A stretch of DNA of 63,658 nucleotides, counting the filler, from Octopus bimaculoides (taxonomy: Eukaryota): assembly GCF_001194135.2 (NCBI RefSeq). It is 6 parts of 6 records of this genome, joined end to end, with 100 filler letters (N's around TTAATTAATTAA, not from the genome) between each part and the next. Parts side by side here need not be neighbours in the genome. Positions count along the whole stretch, not along the records: positions 1 to 7,679 come from NC_068984.1; positions 7,780 to 9,302 come from NW_026316713.1; positions 9,403 to 31,142 come from NC_068994.1; 3 more parts are not named here. One strand, written 5' to 3'. The notes under the pieces were generated by a model. The model did not search any database and was not told the origin of the DNA. It saw only the letters and a program-made list of their open reading frames with translations. Shown in pieces: positions 1-11,275 of this stretch. Within the stretch, counting starts at the first letter, position 1, and the number at the start of each line of letters is the position of its first letter. The position numbers were made by a program, and so were the translations under genes.

Positions 1-26
1 ATATATATATATATATATATATATAA

Positions 27-250
27 TGTGTCTTTGTGTCTGTGTTTGTCCCCTGTTCACTTGACAACCGATGATGGTTTGTTTACATCCCTGTAACTTA
101 GCAGTTCAGCAGAAGACCCCCAATAGAATAAGTAACATACATAAAAAAAAAAAAAATAATAATAAGTACTGGTATTGATTTGCTAGGCTAAAATCCTTCA
201 AGATGGTGCCCCAGCATGACTGCAGTCCAATGATTGAAACAAGTACAAGA
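27..250 (+). mobile_element. 3' part of abundant tRNA-derived SINE (here 'family 2')
   Basis: gtgtctgtgtttgtcccc...ttgacaaccgatg...gtaacttagcagttc...tgattgaaacaagt is the same body as copies at 41684-42165 and 48870-49255. Confidence 0.75.
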
Positions 251-768
251 CAGAAAATAAAGGGACATGTTGTCTCCACATAACTGTGTATCAAGATGTG
301 CGTTTCTCTGGGGTAGGAGTGTCTTGGCTGCTTCACTTCTGATATTTGCATTTCCTATGTTCACATTTGGTACAATGTGCTTTTCGCATATTTTTCATCT
401 ATTCATAATATTCCTCACAAATACTGGAAAATAGTGAGTCAATAAAAACAACAGAGCACCAAACTGGAATCTTAGATACATTCCTCTGTAGCATTATGGC
501 TCAAATCCCAGTGGGGTTGATACAATATGTAACAGTAATAAACTGGAGCTGATTCATTTGTTTATATTCTTGTCAAGGTAGTTTTGTTTTGTCAAAAGAT
601 ATCAGTTAATTATTTACTGTCAATTTTTAAAGAGAATCAATATAAAATCCAATTATAAAATATTTGTTTACATCACATTAATGTATAATTATTAATTGGT
701 AAGATATTTGGTTGTGAAGAACATAAAGTGGTAGTTTTGAAGAAATGTCTTTCAGAATTATTTTGAAA

Positions 769-976
769 CTAAGCTATCTTTTGATCTTTTAATTGTTGTT
801 TGCTGCCACCAAAGAGCAGGGCTAGAATCCACAGAAGAGCTGAGATGCCATAAAACCAAGGTATCATTGTTACAATCATCTCATTATAAAACTGTGACAG
901 CACCTGAAAGTTGGCAAGTTGGCTAATGCACAAAGCAGAACCACAGCGGAGAATTTCCATGTAAGTAGCGTAAGAC
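769..976 (-). CDS. AGMO: Alkylglycerol monooxygenase, terminal coding exon (R-SYATYMEILRCGSALCISQLANFQVL...KDQKIA*)
   Basis: Acceptor tatttcttttcatttag|G completes the AG+G Arg codon; the frame is open to TAG at 769-771. RSYATYMEILRC resembles human RPKAAIMETLRC and is followed by a hydrophobic C-terminal segment. Confidence 0.9.
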
Positions 977-1230
977 CTAAATGAAAAGAAATAATAAATG
1001 AAAAATAATTTAGTCAAAAAAAAAAAAAAAATGGAACAAAGTCATAGATACTAATATGGAAACCTTAGCTAAGTTATATAAATATCCTCTATGCTTTATT
1101 TTGACATTATTTGTATATACATCAAAAGATTAATATAACAGGGTAGTGAGTTAAAAGAAAACACTAGACTTGAATAAAAAAACATTTTAGAAATGACATT
1201 TGACTGGACTTCATACTATGTAACTTGGAA

Positions 1231-2480
1231 TAATAACAATCTTTTCTACTATAGGAACAAAGTTTGAAATTTTAGGGGAAGGAGTTAGTTGATTACATCA
1301 ACCCCAGTACTCAACCGGTACTTATTTCATTGAATGCAAAGGATGAAGGACAAAGTTAATCTCAGTGGATTCAGAATATAAACAGCTGCAAGAAATTCTG
1401 CAAAGCATTTTTGCTGACATACTAACAATTCTATTAGCTTGTCACCTTAATTCTTTCTAATATTGGCAAAAGGCCTGAAATTTTTTGGGAAGTACTACTT
1501 GATTACATTGACCCCAGCGCTCAACTGATACTTATTTTATTGACCAAAGGATGAAAGGTAAAGTCAACCTCAGTAGAATTTGAACTTGGAGCAAAAGGAG
1601 CTGGAAGAAATGCTGCTAGCATTTTGCAACATGTTAGCAATTCTGCCAGCTCACCACTTTGAGGATAATTCTAAATTTGGTGGGAAGGGTAAGTCAATGT
1701 AATTGACACTGGTACGTGAGTGATACTTATTTTATCAACCCTAAAAAGATGAAAAGCAAAGTCAACCTCAGTGGGATTTGAACTCAGAATGCAGACAACT
1801 GAAAAACATGCTGTTAAGCATTTTTGTCCAGTGTGCTAATGATTCTGCCTGCTTGCCATCTTAAAGACAATAATACTAGTTTCAAATTTCTGGCATAGGG
1901 CCTGTATTTTTTGAGGGGAGGGGAGGAGAAGTTGATTACATCGACCCCAGTACTTGACTGGAAATTATTTTATTAACCTCAAAAGGATGAAAAGCAAAGT
2001 TGACCTTGGTGGAATTTGAACTCAGAATGTAAAGATGGATGAAATGCTGCAAAGCATTTTGTATGGTGTGCATGAACTTCTGCCAGAGTGCTGCCTTAAT
2101 AATAGTAATAATGATAATAATCCTTTCTACTGAAGGCACAGGGCCCGAAATTTAGGGGAAGGGACTAGTTGATTACATCAACCCCATTGCTCAAAGCATT
2201 TTGCTCGGCATGCTAATGATTCTGCTAGCTCACCACCTTAATAATAATAATAATCTTTTCTACTCTAGGCACAAGGCCAGAAATTTTGGGAGTGGGGCCA
2301 GTCGATTAGATTGACTCCAGTATGCAACTGGTACTTAATTTATCGACCCTGAAAGGATGAAAGGCAAAGTCAACTTCGGCGGAATTTGAACTTGGAACAT
2401 AAAGACAGACAAAATACTGGTAAGCATTTCGCCCGGCATGTTAATGTTTCTGCCAGCTTGCTGCTTTAATAATAATAATG

Positions 2481-2511
<31 letters not shown>

Positions 2512-2724
2512 TAATTCTTTTAAATTTTGACTTAAGGCCAGCATCTTTAGTCAAGAGGGCAAGTTGATTGCATCAACTCTAGTAATTGACTGGTACATTA
2601 CTTTATAGAACCTGAAAGGATGAAAAGCAAATTCAGCCTCAGCAGACTTTGAACTTGGAACATAATGAGCTGTGAGAAATAACACTAAGCACTTTTTTAT
2701 GATATGCTAATAGTTCAGCCAGCT
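1231..2724 (-). mobile_element. Tandem array of seven CORE-type tRNA SINEs ('family 1') in the last AGMO intron
   Basis: The motif aaaggatgaaaggcaaagtcaacctc..gaatttgaactcag (reverse complement of the CORE-like ctgagttcaaattc..gaggtcgactttgcctttcatcc) recurs. Copies lie at about 1231-1447, 1452-1657, 1665-1860, 1868-2096, 2100-2238 (internally deleted), 2241-2464 and 2500-2724, with (AAT)n spacers. Confidence 0.85.
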
Positions 2725-3066
2725 CTCTAGAAATGCAGCAAAATCACCCTCCAATCACACTCTGTTGTTTCCGCAAAACAAAAAAAAACAAAAAACAAAA
2801 AAAGGAGTACTAGAAAATGTGGTCTTAGATACAATGTATCTGAAAAGTGAAATAGATTCAACGTTTGCAGCTAGAGTGCATTTTTGATCATATCTGGCTT
2901 TGGGCTAAACAACAAATATTACCACTGTGTATAAGAGCATTTATACTGTGGTTCTGTTCTGAACCATAGAATATCTGGAATACAGTTTCTGTGGATCATG
3001 CCTAGTTGTTTGATTGATTACTTGTATCCCACAGGGCTGATTAAGCTTACATATAGTTACATATGG

Positions 3067-3450
3067 TGGAGGCGCAATGGCCCAGTGGTTAGGACAGTGG
3101 ACTCGCGGTCATAGGATCGCGGTTTCGATTCCCAGACCGGGTGTTGTGAGTGCTTATTGAGCGAAAATACCTAAAGCTCCACGAGGCTCCGGCAGGGGAT
3201 GGTGGCAAACCCTGCTGTACTCTTTCACCACAACTTTCTCTCACTCTTACTTCTTGTTTCTGTTGTGCCTGTATTTCAAAGGGTCAGCCTTGTCACACTG
3301 TGTCACACTGAATATCTCCGAGAACGACGTTAAGGGTACACGTGTCTGTGGAGTGCTCAGTCACTTGCACGTTAATTTCACGAGCAGGCTGTTCCGTTGA
3401 TCGGATCAACTGGAACCCTCGACGTCATAAGCAACAGAGTGCCAACAACA
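3067..3450 (+). mobile_element. tRNA-headed SINE, head 1 + tail A
   Basis: A-box/B-box-like head ggcgcaatggcccagtggttagg...ggtttcgattccc, then core ctgtactctttcaccacaactttctctcactc, then tail aagggtcagccttgtcacac...ggatcaactggaaccc. Confidence 0.8.
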
Positions 3451-3517
3451 AACCCAACAATGGTGATTAAGCTTACATATTAAGAACAATAAGAAGTAAA
3501 ATTTTACATCAACTTAC

Positions 3518-3600
3518 CTTTGGTCAAAGATATTACCAAAACAGGATAAAGAATATATAATGAATCCCAAAACTGCTAGAACAGATTCTTGTGGCATCAA
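3518..3600 (-). CDS. AGMO: Alkylglycerol monooxygenase, penultimate coding exon (LMPQESVLAVLGFIIYSLSCFGNIFDQ+R)
   Basis: Acceptor ccttcttttgttctttctag| and donor |gtaagt. The exon is 83 nt, phase 0-2. It resembles human ALSQVTLLLRVCFIILTLTSIGFLLDQR. Confidence 0.92.
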
Positions 3601-3624
3601 CTAGAAAGAACAAAAGAAGGCAGG

Positions 3625-4072
3625 TTATTATTATTGGTTTCAAATTTTGATACCAGACCCAAAATTTCGGGGTGGAGGGGTTAAGTTGATTACATTGACC
3701 CCAGTGTTCAAGAGGTGCTTATTTTATTAATTTCAAAAGGAAGAAAGGTAAAGTTGGCTTCTGCAACATTTGAACTCAGTACAAAGATGGGTGAAATGTT
3801 GCTAAGCATTTTGCCTGGCATGCTAATGATTCTGCCTGCTCGCTGCCTTAAGTAAGTTATTAATAATATTGGTTTCAAATTTTGGCCAGCAAGTTCGCAT
3901 TGTTAAGTTGACTACATCGATCCCAGTGCTTAAATGGTACTTATCTTATTAACTTCAAAAGAATGAAAAGCAAAGTCGACCTTGGTAGAATTTGAACTCA
4001 GAACATACAGATGAATGAAATCCTGCTAAGAATTCTGCCTGTTGTGTTAATGATTCCATCAGCTTGCCACCT
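3625..4072 (-). mobile_element. Two further family-1 CORE-SINE copies in tandem
   Basis: Same motifs as 1231-2724; copies at about 3625-3850 and 3865-4072. Confidence 0.8.
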
Positions 4073-4199
4073 TATATAGGTTATTAATATTAATATTAAC
4101 AAGGTCAGCTTTACTTTTCATCTTTCTGACTTTCATAAAATAACATACCAGTCTTGTAGTGAAGCTGGTTTTTTTTATCCTGTTTGTGTTGCTTAACAG

Positions 4200-4530
4200 T
4201 TGAACACGCTTACTAACTCTTCAGAATTAAGCAAAAAGAATAAGGTATCATAATACATAACTCTTTGAGACCATCCTACATGAATCTGCCCTTGATTGTA
4301 CATTACAAACTTCCTAATTTAAAGTGATATAAATAAAAACTTCAAAATTTCATGCTAATTTATGTCTCAAACAAAGTAGTTTTACTAAATTCTGTAGAAT
4401 TTTCCAAATGAATTGACTCAAAGACAGGTATTTGAAAAATACTACCTAAAACATTAGATTTCTCTGCTTTCATGGCATGGCTTTGAATAGAATACGAAGC
4501 TTCATATTATAACTACTCAACTATACAGTA
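4200..4530. repeat. Unclassified interspersed repeat, second copy at ~6440-6760
   Basis: Shared blocks attacaaacttcc..atttaaagtgat, tttactaaattct..agaattt.ccaaatgaattga.tcaaag and cctaaaacattagatttctct...gctttgaatagaata.gaagcttc. Confidence 0.7.
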
Positions 4531-4589
4531 AATTCTGTGATTTTTTTTTCTTTTTGTTCGGTAATGAAATATGATGAGAGAAAACTTAC

Positions 4590-4706
4590 ATGGTTAACAC
4601 TCAAAATCGTTAGGAAGAAATACGTGACTGCAGTAAAGTGGAGTAAAACATATATACTGCACAAGTTGGAAACTTCTGTGGTGTACCTCCGCACTGGACG
4701 TTCTAC
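4590..4706 (-). CDS. AGMO: Alkylglycerol monooxygenase, third-last coding exon (VERPVRRYTTEVSNLCSIYVLLHFTAVTYFFLTILSVNH)
   Basis: Acceptor cttttttcttttatctctcttag| and donor |gtaagt. The exon is 117 nt, phase 0-0 and open. Its 39 aa match the length and pattern of human VTGKEVPFSSSSSQLLKIYTVVQFALMLAFYEETFADTA (recalled from memory). It splices in frame to the next exon. Confidence 0.88.
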
Positions 4707-6108
4707 CTAAGAGAGATAAAAGAAAAAAAGATAGGAAAAATAGTAGTTACTTCAGAATGCTATTTTATTGCTTTGGCACAATAGATATACACCTCTACTG
4801 CTCAAACAAATGGCATAAATGACATATGACATAAATCCCTTCATCCTCTAAAAATGTTAAGGTTGTGTCTTGATATATTAATGGAAATGAGTAAACCTTG
4901 CAATGTATTTTTCCATGTAGTCATAGCAGGATACATCTGTGAACAAATAGGGTAGAGTCTCACAGATGTAATACAGTGAATTAAAATAGTTTAAATAACT
5001 GTGGTAAACCAGGTATTTAGTTGGTCAAAAATCCTGCTATGGAGTATTTGAAATTTAAAAATAAAAAAAGCAAGGGAAGTAACTCTCATAAGATCAGTTG
5101 GTTTGATATTTTTGGAAAATAAAGACAATACAGATTGGAGTTGATCTGGTCATTAAAGTCAACTGGGGAAAGCAGCTGACATGTTTCAGCCTTATTAAAC
5201 CTCTTCAGCAAGGAAACTCAGCTAATGAGGCTAAGAGATATGAGAGTATTGTAAAACAAGCTACTTAAATCCACTCATCAGGCTTTGGATGGTCAAGGGC
5301 TATAGTAGAAGATACTTACTGAAGAGACTATACTAGGACTGAACCCAAAACCATGAGATTGGGACACAAACATCTTAACCACCCAGTTTCTTGGTTAAGT
5401 TGAACGATTGAAACTGTTCTTGTGATGCCACCACCATTATTAAAACAGGAGATGATAATTCAAAGCCAGATGGCTGTTGTTGTTCAGCTCCATTTCAGCT
5501 CTGTGATAATCCTCCAGACTGTGATAATCTTGTTTTTTTTTTTGTTTTTTTTTCAGGCATTATGTATCTTGAACTACATTATTAAATGTATCTTTCCTTT
5601 TTTAAGATAGTAGGTATGATATATGAGAATGTTTTGGCTGTTATTTCTAGCATGTTGAACAACCATACGGGCTTCCCATTTGGCTCAGTAAAGGTATTAA
5701 TTAATTAGATTTCTGATTCATGTCAGGTCTTTGCCTATTTAATTAGCAATTCTTTTACATTATTATTCTGAACAGAAACAAAGATGAATAAATGAAATAT
5801 GCAAATATATATACAAAAACACATACAGACAAAAAGAAAATATTACACACAAAGAGAAGTACACAGACTCATACATTTATTTAATTATTTATAACCATTA
5901 CTGTAATTACTTAAGGACAATATAATTCCTAAATACAATGCAACTCACTCATTATACCTAAAAATTAATAATAAAATGTATTCTTTTTACTCACATACAT
6001 GTGTACAATGCTAACTTGAAGTTCTCACCCTGGTATTTTGTACTAAATTTCTTGCATCATACACAAGTATATATGATATATTGTTTATCAAAAGTAGATG
6101 GGCAATTG

Positions 6109-6400
6109 TGGAGGTGCGTGGCTTAGTTGGTTAGGGTGTCAGCATCATGATCGTAAGACTGTGGTTTCGATTCCTGGACCAGGCGACACGTTGTGTTCTT
6201 GAGCAAAACACTTCATTTCACGTTGCTCCAGTCCACTCAGGTGGCAAAAATGAGTAATCCTGCAACAGATTGGAGTCCTGTCCAGAAAGGAGTAATGCTG
6301 TGATGGACTGGCGTCCCGTCCAGCTGGGGAACACATACGCCATTGAAACCCGGAAACCAGCCTCATGAACCTGGCTAGGCTTTAAAAGGGCGCATTTATT
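6109..6400 (+). mobile_element. tRNA-headed SINE, head 2 + tail B
   Basis: Head gcgtggcttagttggttagggtgtc...ggtttcgattcc. Tail ctgtgatggactggcgtcccgtccagctgggg...gaaacc is shared with 34030-34078 and 34775-34870. Confidence 0.75.
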
Positions 6401-6939
6401 AATATTATTAGATGGGCAATTCCTTTGACATGAGAAGCCAATATGTGGTCATTCAACCTTCTAGAAATAGTAGATATCATAATATTTAACTGTTTTGAAA
6501 TCACCCTGCATGAAACTGCCCCTTGTTCTATATTACAAACTTCCAGATTTAAAGTGATTTAAGTAAAAAAAAAAACCATCCAAATCTCATGGTAATTTAC
6601 ATTTCAGACAATATTATTTTACTAAATTCTTCAGAATTTGCCAAATGAATTGAATCAAAGGCATGTATTTCATGGGTACTGCCTAAAACATTAGATTTCT
6701 CTCCTTCTGTAGCATAGCTTTGAATAGAATAAGAAGCTTCGTACTATTACTCAACTACATAACCTACTGTGATTATCATCATCAGTTAACATCCCCTTTT
6801 CTATGCTGGCATGAGTTGAAAGGTTTAATATGAACTGGTGAGCTAGAGGACTGTATTGAACTCCAATGTCTGCTTTGGCATGGTTCATAAAACTGAATGC
6901 CCTTCTGAATGCATGTATACACACACACACACACACATA

Positions 6940-7285
6940 TCACGTGATCACGTGACTGACCAGGCCATCAGGTGTTGTTATACATCGCTGGTCACAATGC
7001 GCTTCGCATTGTTTTAGCCTTCAAATGACACCACCCCACTGGCTAAGCGAGCAGGCCAACATTTAGAAACAGGAAAAAAAAGTGAGAGAAAGTTGTGGTG
7101 AAAGAGTACAGCAGGGTTCACCCCGCCCCCCTGCTGGAGCCTCNNNNNNNNNNGTTGTGGTGAAAGAGTACAGCAGGGTTCACCCCGCCCCCCTGCTGGA
7201 GCCTCATGGAGCTTTAGGTGTTTTTCGCTCAATAAACACTCACAACACCCAGTCTGGGAATTGAAACCATGATACCATAAACTAA
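6940..7285 (-). mobile_element. tRNA-headed SINE, head 1 + tail C (contains a duplication across a 10-N gap)
   Basis: Reverse complement of the head-1 core (ctgtactctttcaccacaac) at 7085-7200, followed by a distinct tail ttggcctgctcgcttagccag...ggtcagtcacgtgatcacgtg. Confidence 0.7.
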
Positions 7286-7337
7286 TCTTCCCCAGTGGAA
7301 GAAGTCAATTTTCATCCGGATAAATATAATATAATAT

Positions 7338-7679
7338 ATGGAGAAAGCCTTTGACAGGGTCCCCCGATCCCTTATCTGGTGGTCAATGAGGAAACTTGGG
7401 ATAGAAGAATGGCTAGTGAGAGCTGTGCGAGCCATGTACAGAGATGCGGCCAGTAAGGTGAGGGTTGGAAATGAGTACAGCAATGAATTCCGGGTAGAGG
7501 TAGGGGTCCACCAAGGTTCCGTCCTCAGCCCCCTATTATTTACCATAGTCCTCCAGGCAATCACAGAGGAGTTCAAGACAGGTTGCCCCTGGGAGCTCCT
7601 CTATGCTGATGACCTTGCCCTAATTGCGGAGTCACTATCAGAACTAGAGGAGAAGTTTCAGGTGTGGAAGCAAGGTCTA
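7338..7679 (+). mobile_element. RTE-clade non-LTR retrotransposon reverse transcriptase fragment, uninterrupted frame
   Basis: EKAFDRVP...GVHQGSVLSPLLF...LLYADDLAL are RT motifs 3-5. The fragment is 5'-truncated at the KAFD motif and runs into an assembly gap. Confidence 0.93.
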
Positions 7680-7779
7680 NNNNNNNNNNNNNNNNNNNNN
7701 NNNNNNNNNNNNNNNNNNNNNNNTTAATTAATTAANNNNNNNNNNNNNNNNNNNNNNNNNNNNNNNNNNNNNNNNNNNN
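7680..7779. other. Assembly spacer 44N-TTAATTAATTAA-44N (also at 9303-9402, 31143-31242, 44770-44869, 54106-54205)
   Basis: An identical 100-bp construct occurs five times; the 12-mer puts stop codons in all six frames. Confidence 0.95.
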
Positions 7780-7993
7780 ATAAATGTATATATATGTATG
7801 TACAAATATATATATATCTTTATATATATATATGTGTATACGCACATATAAATATACATCTTTATGTGTGTGTGTATGTGTGTGCGTGTGTAAAACATAT
7901 ATGTGTATATACATGTAAGTGTGTATGTATATAAATATTCGTCTTACATATTACGCAAACCCGAAACGCACGTATTTGCTATCACTTCATTGT

Positions 7994-8040
<47 letters not shown>

Positions 8041-8178
8041 TCCTACCATTTCCCTTATGCACAAATACCTCACTGGAAAGAGAAAAAAAAAACAAACAAA
8101 AAAGACATCCTCAATACTTTCACCTTGGCCGGTAGGAAGTCTGCGGAGTAAAAGTCTTAAAATATATTCCAACACACA

Positions 8179-8684
8179 CAGGCTGTTCAAAATGTCTCTC
8201 CGCAGTAAGTATTTTATTGCAAAATAAATATTCATAAGATGGTATAAAGACTACAAAAGAATATACAAGACTTTACAAGACTTTAAATAACTTTATAAGA
8301 GGTATTCAAAGTGTTATCCTCCGTTTTCAATACATAAGTTAACTCTTCTACACATGTTTTGAAATATATCTTGAGAGAAAAAAATTCACCATGGAGAGAC
8401 GTTTTGAACATCCTATATAAAGTAATACAGGATGTTCAAAAAGTCTCCCCGCAGTAAGTATTTTATTGCAAAAATTTATAAGATGGTATAAGAAAACTAC
8501 AAAAGAATATATTAGACTTAGGTACAAGACTTTAAAAAACTTTATAAGAGGTGATGAAAGTATTGTCTTTCATTTTCAATACATAAGTTGACTCTTCTAC
8601 ACATTTTGAAATATATCTTGGAGAGTCTGACTCTTGCTGAGTCAGGACGAAAGAAATTTACTACTAGACTTTTTGAACACCCTG
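8179..8684. mobile_element. Two tandem Tc1/mariner-type MITEs (8179-8415, 8427-8684)
   Basis: TIRs cagg(c/a)tgttcaaaa.gtctc.cc and ggagagacgttttgaacatcct / agactttttgaacaccctg, with TA flanks on three of the four ends. The minus strand carries a transposase-like C-terminus RRVNLCIENERQYFHHLL. Confidence 0.75.
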
Positions 8685-8849
8685 TATGTATGCATATATA
8701 TATATTGATAGAAATATATATATTGATAGACAACAAAGGAATGAAAGAGACCTCGATATTATGTAAATAGAGGAATATATCTGTAAATATATGTGACAAT
8801 TACGGTAGCCATAATTATCGCATATTATATTTACAGATATATGTGTATG

Positions 8850-8883
<34 letters not shown>

Positions 8884-8957
8884 AGTGTGTGGGGGGGGGG
8901 AGTGAGAGCGGGAAAAAAGATGAAGAGAGAAATAAAAAGATAGATACAGGATATATA

Positions 8958-9168
8958 CAGTAATCCCTCGTCATATTGCGGTTCATTTATCGCGGTTTAT
9001 TATTTAAGTTTACGTCGATTCCTCCGTGTTGTTGTTTGGCATTTATAATAAAATAAATATACACAAATGATAAAAAATAAAATATACAGTACTGTTTCTA
9101 CTTCGCGGATTTTCCCCTATCGCGAGGTGTTTTGAAACGTAACACCCGCGATAGTCGAGGTATTATTG
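8958..9168. mobile_element. pogo/Tigger-like MITE
   Basis: TA|cagtaatccctcgtcatattgcgg ... ccgcgatagtcgaggtattattg|TA: imperfect TIRs with a TA duplication. Confidence 0.7.
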
Positions 9169-9172
9169 TATG

Positions 9173-9213
<41 letters not shown>

Positions 9214-9402
9214 GTTCCGGAACTATCCAGGGAAGTACTGTTGTCGCCGGTATATATACACGCAACTTTCTGTTGCGTCTGCTATTCTTCTCTATTCTAG
9301 GCNNNNNNNNNNNNNNNNNNNNNNNNNNNNNNNNNNNNNNNNNNNNTTAATTAATTAANNNNNNNNNNNNNNNNNNNNNNNNNNNNNNNNNNNNNNNNNN
9401 NN

Positions 9403-9459
<57 letters not shown>

Positions 9460-9639
9460 ATGTAAATTTATATGTATACCTACATTGTTGGGGAAAGGGT
9501 GACAGTGCAATGGGTAGAGAGTGTACTAAATACAAATTAGAGATAGTATGAGAGATAGAGAGAGAATGAGTAAGAGAGAAGAAGGAGGAGAGAAAGCATA
9601 AAGAAAGTGCATATATGTATGTGTGTGTGTGTGTTTGTA

Positions 9640-9915
9640 CCCCTTGTCTTGACAGAGAAAGGTGGTGATCAGCTGTCCACAAGGGTGCCAACACATGCGA
9701 GACCAATAGGATCACTGCTGCAGAAGACTGCAGACAAGCCAGGAAGAACAGATCTAACAACCCTGTCACAGGCGCTACCATTCCCTGTCCACACTGCCAA
9801 AGACTCTTTCGGGCACAGATTGGCCTCACTAGCCATCTATGGAGTCACAAAACAAGCCCACTCCACCCCAGGATGACTAGATGGTCTTCGTCGCATCGAC
9901 AGATAAACTACACAC
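9640..9915 (+). mobile_element. 3' end of RTE/BovB-like LINE with C-terminal C2H2-like finger
   Basis: A frame not in the ORF track reads ETNRITAAEDCRQARKNRSNNPVTGATIPCPHCQRLFRAQIGLTSHLWSH. Confidence 0.8.
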
Positions 9916-10265
9916 ACCCCTTGTCCTACAGGGGTAGGCAGATATCATCTCTATTTCTAAGGGGGCTATCTCTGTCACTCTTTCATAGTCTGACCTCTTG
10001 CCTAGCCCATGGTCACTTCTCTCAATTCCACTCCCTTTCTCAGTTGAGAGGTCCTTGTCTTACAAGTTACTTGGTGACCCCACTAGTGCTAGTGACATGC
10101 AAAAAGCTACCATGCTGGGGTGTCACATAAAAATCCCCTATGCTGGTGCCACATTAAAAGCACCCATGCTGGTGCCATGTAAAAACACTGATTTATTAAA
10201 ATTTCTTTCCCATAGTTGGTGTGGCTGAGATAATATTGTTGTATCATATTTGCTATACCTGTATT

Positions 10266-10327
<62 letters not shown>

Positions 10328-10410
10328 TCAAGATTATGATCTTAACTCAAAGAATACTTTACAGTTAATCATTCTATTTGGTAAACAGGTAAATTACAAT
10401 TTTTTTCCAA

Positions 10411-11275
10411 TTGTTTAATATAGCAATTCAAAAATATCTTCCATGCAATCCCAAATATTACAAAATTTTTAATAGCCATAAGCTTAGCTTGGCTTTTTGT
10501 CTTAGTAGAAATATTGCACAAATTATAGCAACACATTATGCTAAAATAATATTGAAATTTCAAAAATGTGATTACAATCAGAATAGCATAGTAAATATTA
10601 AGCATAATAACATCAAACGAGATATAAATAAAAAATCTCAACTAGAAGGGAACACCAGGAATTTAAATGTCATGGAAAGGGAAACAATTCGATTTAACAT
10701 AGTTAATAACATCAAATCGAATAAAAGTTCAGTTAGAATAAGAACAAAGATAACGTTATCTGATGGAGTAAATAGCAATAAATAACTTGGTGGAAATGAA
10801 TTTAATTCTACAATGAATGATCAAATTAAAACTAAATCTGGGAGAAATATAAAAGACTATCTTTGCAACTGTTCTAAACGGGAATACTGTTTTGGAAAAT
10901 AAGTGTAAGATCAAAATGTAAAATATAGATATAATTATATTTGGGAGTAAGGAATTCTTTTACATTGGTGGGATATCATTCATTTTCAAGAGGAGACTAG
11001 CAAATCATTTAAGTTCATTTAAAGACAAAATAAAAGGTTCCAAACAAGTTTTAGCAAATTAATCTGGTCTTTTAAGAACAGTAACAAACACTATACGATT
11101 AAATGGGAATTAATTTGTACTGCAAAACCATAGAGACCTGTAACCAATAGATGTGACTTATGTTTAGAAAAATTTTACTGGATTTTCACATCCAAAGGTA
11201 ATGTAATAAATTCTAGACATGAGCAAGCATTGAGATGCTTGCGCATGAGGAAATTCATATTTGCCAAGTATAAGT
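10411..11275 (+). mobile_element. Decayed Penelope-like element, C-terminal half with GIY-YIG endonuclease
   Basis: KYYKIFNSHKLSLAFCLSRNIAQIIATH (thumb/linker motif), CNCSKREYC, FYIGGISFIFKRRLANHLSSF (10955-11020), IKWELICTAKP*RPVTNRCDLCLEK and NSRHEQALRC. Stops and frameshifts are present. Confidence 0.8.

Noticed and set aside
3067-3140. tRNA-like sequences with A and B boxes (also at 6109, 22318, 24125, 33839, 34579)
   Set aside because: They are SINE heads that continue into SINE bodies, with no complete cloverleaf or acceptor stem.
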